Below, one piece after another: positions 61,268 to 64,000 of a DNA stretch of 64,000 bases. The first letter of the stretch is position 1. Each line of letters begins with the position of its first letter. Source of the stretch: Clostridioides phage LIBA2945; sequence record MF547663.1; one strand, 5' to 3'. A program made the position numbers and the translations under genes. The notes beneath the pieces were generated by a model, which did no database searches, was not told where the DNA came from, and saw only the letters and a program-made list of their open reading frames with translations.

Positions 61268-61357
61268 GGAGAGGTACTCAAGTGGTAAAGAGGATAGTTT
61301 GCTAAACTATTAGGTCAATTAATTGATACGAGGGTTCAAATCCCTTCCTCTCTTCCA
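61268..61357 (+). tRNA. tRNA-Ser (anticodon GCT), class II with long variable arm
   Basis: acceptor GGAGAGG/CCTCTCT, anticodon loop TTGCTAA, palindromic variable arm TCAATTAATTGA, T arm GAGGG-TTCAAAT-CCCTT, encoded CCA. Confidence 0.75.
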
Positions 61358-61412
61358 ATAAAAAGAGTTTGTTATTTTAAAATAATATTTTAATTAAAAG
61401 GGAGATGTTTTT

Positions 61413-62030
61413 ATGGTTAAATATAATGTTCATAAAGCTTTAGCAGAAAAGAAGTTATTAGAAGATAAGATAGATAGATGCATTAGTAATTTTAAAATTG
61501 TAGGTACTAAAAAAGGTTCTGATAAAAATGTATATGAAACAAAAACAAGTGTAGAAGATTTTAATGTAGAAGTTTCAAGTAAATACCAGCAAATAGAAGA
61601 TTTAATATATAATTATAATGCATTAGATAAAGCAATTAATATCTCTAATGCTATAACAAATGTTCAAATTGCTAATAAAAATTATACGGTTTTAGAAGCA
61701 ATAAAAAGAAAGAATAGTATAGAATTAGATAAATCCTTGTTGAGACAAATGGTTAGTAACTATGATTGTATGATGTCTGAAGTAAATCGTAGAAATGAAG
61801 AAGTACAAAGAAATACAGATAAAATGTTTGAGGAAAAAGAAAAAAGTAAAGATGGAGCAGAACTTATTTCATTTTATAAAAAACAACAGGAATGGTCTTT
61901 AGTAGACCCTTTAAAAGTAAGAGAGAAAATAGAAAAGTTAAGGAATGAAATAGAAGAATTTGAAAAGGAAGTTGATTTTGCATTGAGTACATCAAATGCA
62001 CTTACAATTATAGATGTAGATTTAAAATAG
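61413..62030 (+). CDS. hypothetical coiled-coil protein
   Basis: 205-aa ORF with GGAG RBS. Confidence 0.35.
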   Translation: MVKYNVHKALAEKKLLEDKIDRCISNFKIVGTKKGSDKNVYETKTSVEDFNVEVSSKYQQIEDLIYNYNALDKAINISNAITNVQIANKNYTVLEAIKRKNSIELDKSLLRQMVSNYDCMMSEVNRRNEEVQRNTDKMFEEKEKSKDGAELISFYKKQQEWSLVDPLKVREKIEKLRNEIEEFEKEVDFALSTSNALTIIDVDLK

Positions 62031-62052
62031 TCCTTAATTGGACTATTTTTTA
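62027..62052 (+). terminator. terminator ATAGTC-TTAATTG-GACTAT + T6
   Basis: seen directly; same TTAATTG loop as the hairpin at 59243..59263. Confidence 0.55.
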
Positions 62053-62399
62053 ATTTGCAGGTTAGGCGAATAACATAAATTATAAGTTCCCATTGATTTT
62101 GGGTTAAAAATCAAACTGCTTATATAAAAGTGATGGGTACATACAAACGAAACGATTGTACTGTATAAAAGAGAATAATGGATATAAAGCTTAAAGTTAA
62201 AAATTCAAATGTGAAATCTCAAGTATAAAAGATTAAATTATTAAAATATCAAAAATAAAATAAAAAAGTTATATAAAATCCTTGATAAATGCGAAATGCG
62301 TTAACTTATATTAGCTATTGTTAGCTACAAGGCTGCCTAATTTGCAAACAAATATATTCCCAGTAGAGTTATATAATATAAAAATAAAGGAGAAAATAT

Positions 62400-62588
62400 A
62401 TGAAAAATAATAAAGGAACAATTTTAGAAAAATGTGAAGTAATAAAACAAGAAGATGGTACTTATAAATTTATAGAGCATACAAAAAATGGTGATAATGA
62501 AGTGTTATCTAGTGATGTTTTTGACCAGTATATTGGAAAAACAGATTTAAATATAACGATAAGATTAAGTGAAACAATAGTCCAATAA
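62400..62588 (+). CDS. hypothetical protein
   Basis: ORF with AAGGAG RBS. Confidence 0.3.
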   Translation: MKNNKGTILEKCEVIKQEDGTYKFIEHTKNGDNEVLSSDVFDQYIGKTDLNITIRLSETIVQ

Positions 62589-62640
62589 ATTAACATTAGA
62601 CTATTTATTTTTTACTTAATATATTGATAATGATATTTAT

Positions 62641-63858
62641 GTGAAAAATAGGGAGATATTGAATATGGAAGACATATTGAAGAAAAAAGAAGATGAGTCA
62701 CTGGTTGACTATAGGTTTAGAATACGATTAGCAAAAGCTAATAAAGAAATAGATTTGGATTGGGGAGAGATAGTTGAACTATTAGGATTAGAATGTTCGC
62801 CAGACCACTGTAGGAAAGTTTCATATGGCTTGAAAGAGGCTTTTGATTATCTTAATTCTAAGATACAGGATAATTCTACTCAAGAAGAGATTGATAAAAT
62901 AAATGAGAAAATATTAGAGTTGAAAAAGATGAAAGTACAGTTATCTGATGAAAGGTCGTTAGTAAATAAGAAAATAAGAGAATATTCAAGGATAGATAAT
63001 ATAATTGATTTATTTAATAATAAAATAGATGATATATCGCTTCATAAGCCATTTCTAAGTGATTCTAGTTACAAAAGCTATGAATCTTCAAATCAAGAGG
63101 CTATTATACTAATTTCAGATATACATTATGGATTAGAGACTATTAATGCTTTTAATAGATATAATTCAGAAATATTCAAGATAAGGATACAATATTTAAA
63201 AGATAAAATTATTGAATATAGTAAGTTACATAAGGTTAAGAGAGTACATGTAATGTTACTTGGAGATTTGATTTCTGGACATATACATAATTCTATAAGA
63301 TTAGAAAATAGAGAAAATATAGTTGAACAAATTATAGAGGTGTCTGAAATACTTAGTGAATTTATATATGAGTTGTCTAAAAAAATTAATGAGATTATTG
63401 TTTATTCAGTAGGAGGGAATCATGATAGAGTTCTTCCAAAGAAAGATGAAAACTTAGATAAAGATAATTTTACACTATTGATAGATGAATATATAAAGCT
63501 AAGAATTAAAAATTTAGACAATGTAATATTTCAAGAGAATATATATGATAATGACATAATAGTTGCTAAAATATGTGGAAATACATGTTTTGCAGTACAT
63601 GGAGATAAAGATAAAATGTCTACAGCAATTCCTAAATTAACATCTCTTATAAAATCAATTCCTGATTATATTTTCATGGCTCATCTACACAATTGTAAAG
63701 AAGATAGTTATGGAGAAAGTGAAATTATTGTAAATGGAAGTTTTTCTGGAACAGATACATATGCTAAGAATCTAAGATTAAGTTCATATACAATGCAAAA
63801 ATTAATGATATTTAATGATGATGGAAGATTATGTACTTATAATATTAAGCTTAAATAG
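62641..63858 (+). CDS. calcineurin-like metallophosphoesterase (SbcD/Mre11-type fold) with N-terminal coiled-coil extension
   Basis: ILISDIHYG, LLGDLISGH, VGGNHDR, FMAHLH metallophosphatase motifs. Confidence 0.6.
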   Translation: MKNREILNMEDILKKKEDESLVDYRFRIRLAKANKEIDLDWGEIVELLGLECSPDHCRKVSYGLKEAFDYLNSKIQDNSTQEEIDKINEKILELKKMKVQLSDERSLVNKKIREYSRIDNIIDLFNNKIDDISLHKPFLSDSSYKSYESSNQEAIILISDIHYGLETINAFNRYNSEIFKIRIQYLKDKIIEYSKLHKVKRVHVMLLGDLISGHIHNSIRLENRENIVEQIIEVSEILSEFIYELSKKINEIIVYSVGGNHDRVLPKKDENLDKDNFTLLIDEYIKLRIKNLDNVIFQENIYDNDIIVAKICGNTCFAVHGDKDKMSTAIPKLTSLIKSIPDYIFMAHLHNCKEDSYGESEIIVNGSFSGTDTYAKNLRLSSYTMQKLMIFNDDGRLCTYNIKLK

Positions 63859-63946
63859 AGCTAATTATTAAAGGACTAATACAATAATATTCCATCATTA
63901 TGATATGGTATTAGTCCTTTAATGGGCTAAATTCAATCTCCCTTCT

Positions 63947-63978
63947 GAGGTCGGTTTCATACTGACCTCTCTTTTTTC
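63947..63978 (+). terminator. intrinsic terminator GAGGTCGG-loop-CTGACCTC + T-run, preceded by a 15-bp-stem hairpin at 63868..63922
   Basis: seen directly. Confidence 0.55.
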
Positions 63979-64000
63979 ATCTCAAAAGGAGAGTGATAAG

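Overview
Very AT-rich (roughly 25-30% GC) window that reads as part of a large phage or phage-plasmid of a low-GC anaerobic Firmicute (Clostridium-like; it encodes a class III anaerobic RNR). In positions 1-52,000 nearly every gene is on the minus strand. That block has a nucleotide and replication set: NrdG/NrdD, a DGQHR (DndB-like) protein, DnaE-type Pol III alpha, a RecJ-like DHH exonuclease, DnaG-like primase, DnaB helicase and an ERF-like annealing protein. It then runs through about 60 small phage-type ORFs and includes a scattered RNA-repair set (RtcB, PTH2-type peptidyl-tRNA hydrolase, ATP-dependent ligase, KptA/Tpt1), an N6-adenine methyltransferase, a tyrosine integrase, an inserted IS200/IS605 element (TnpA+TnpB with a putative omega-RNA region), three tandem paralogous XRE repressor-like genes and an AbrB-like gene. 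Positions 52,700-60,400 are mostly plus strand and look like a plasmid-type maintenance cassette: a ParM-like actin ATPase with an RHH ParR-like partner and centromere-like repeats, a RepA_N-type initiator next to clear iterons, an HU-like protein and HTH regulators. This cassette is bracketed by two about 66-bp palindromic sites whose half-sites are swapped between the copies, which is the attL/attR pattern expected from site-specific recombination. Downstream are a GIY-YIG endonuclease, tRNA-Met(CAT), tRNA-Ser(GCT) and a metallophosphoesterase. At least two convincing proteins (primase N-terminus, RHH protein) have no ATG/GTG/TTG start and appear to start at ATA behind strong ribosome-binding sites. 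All functional calls rest on motifs read by eye; no database search was possible.
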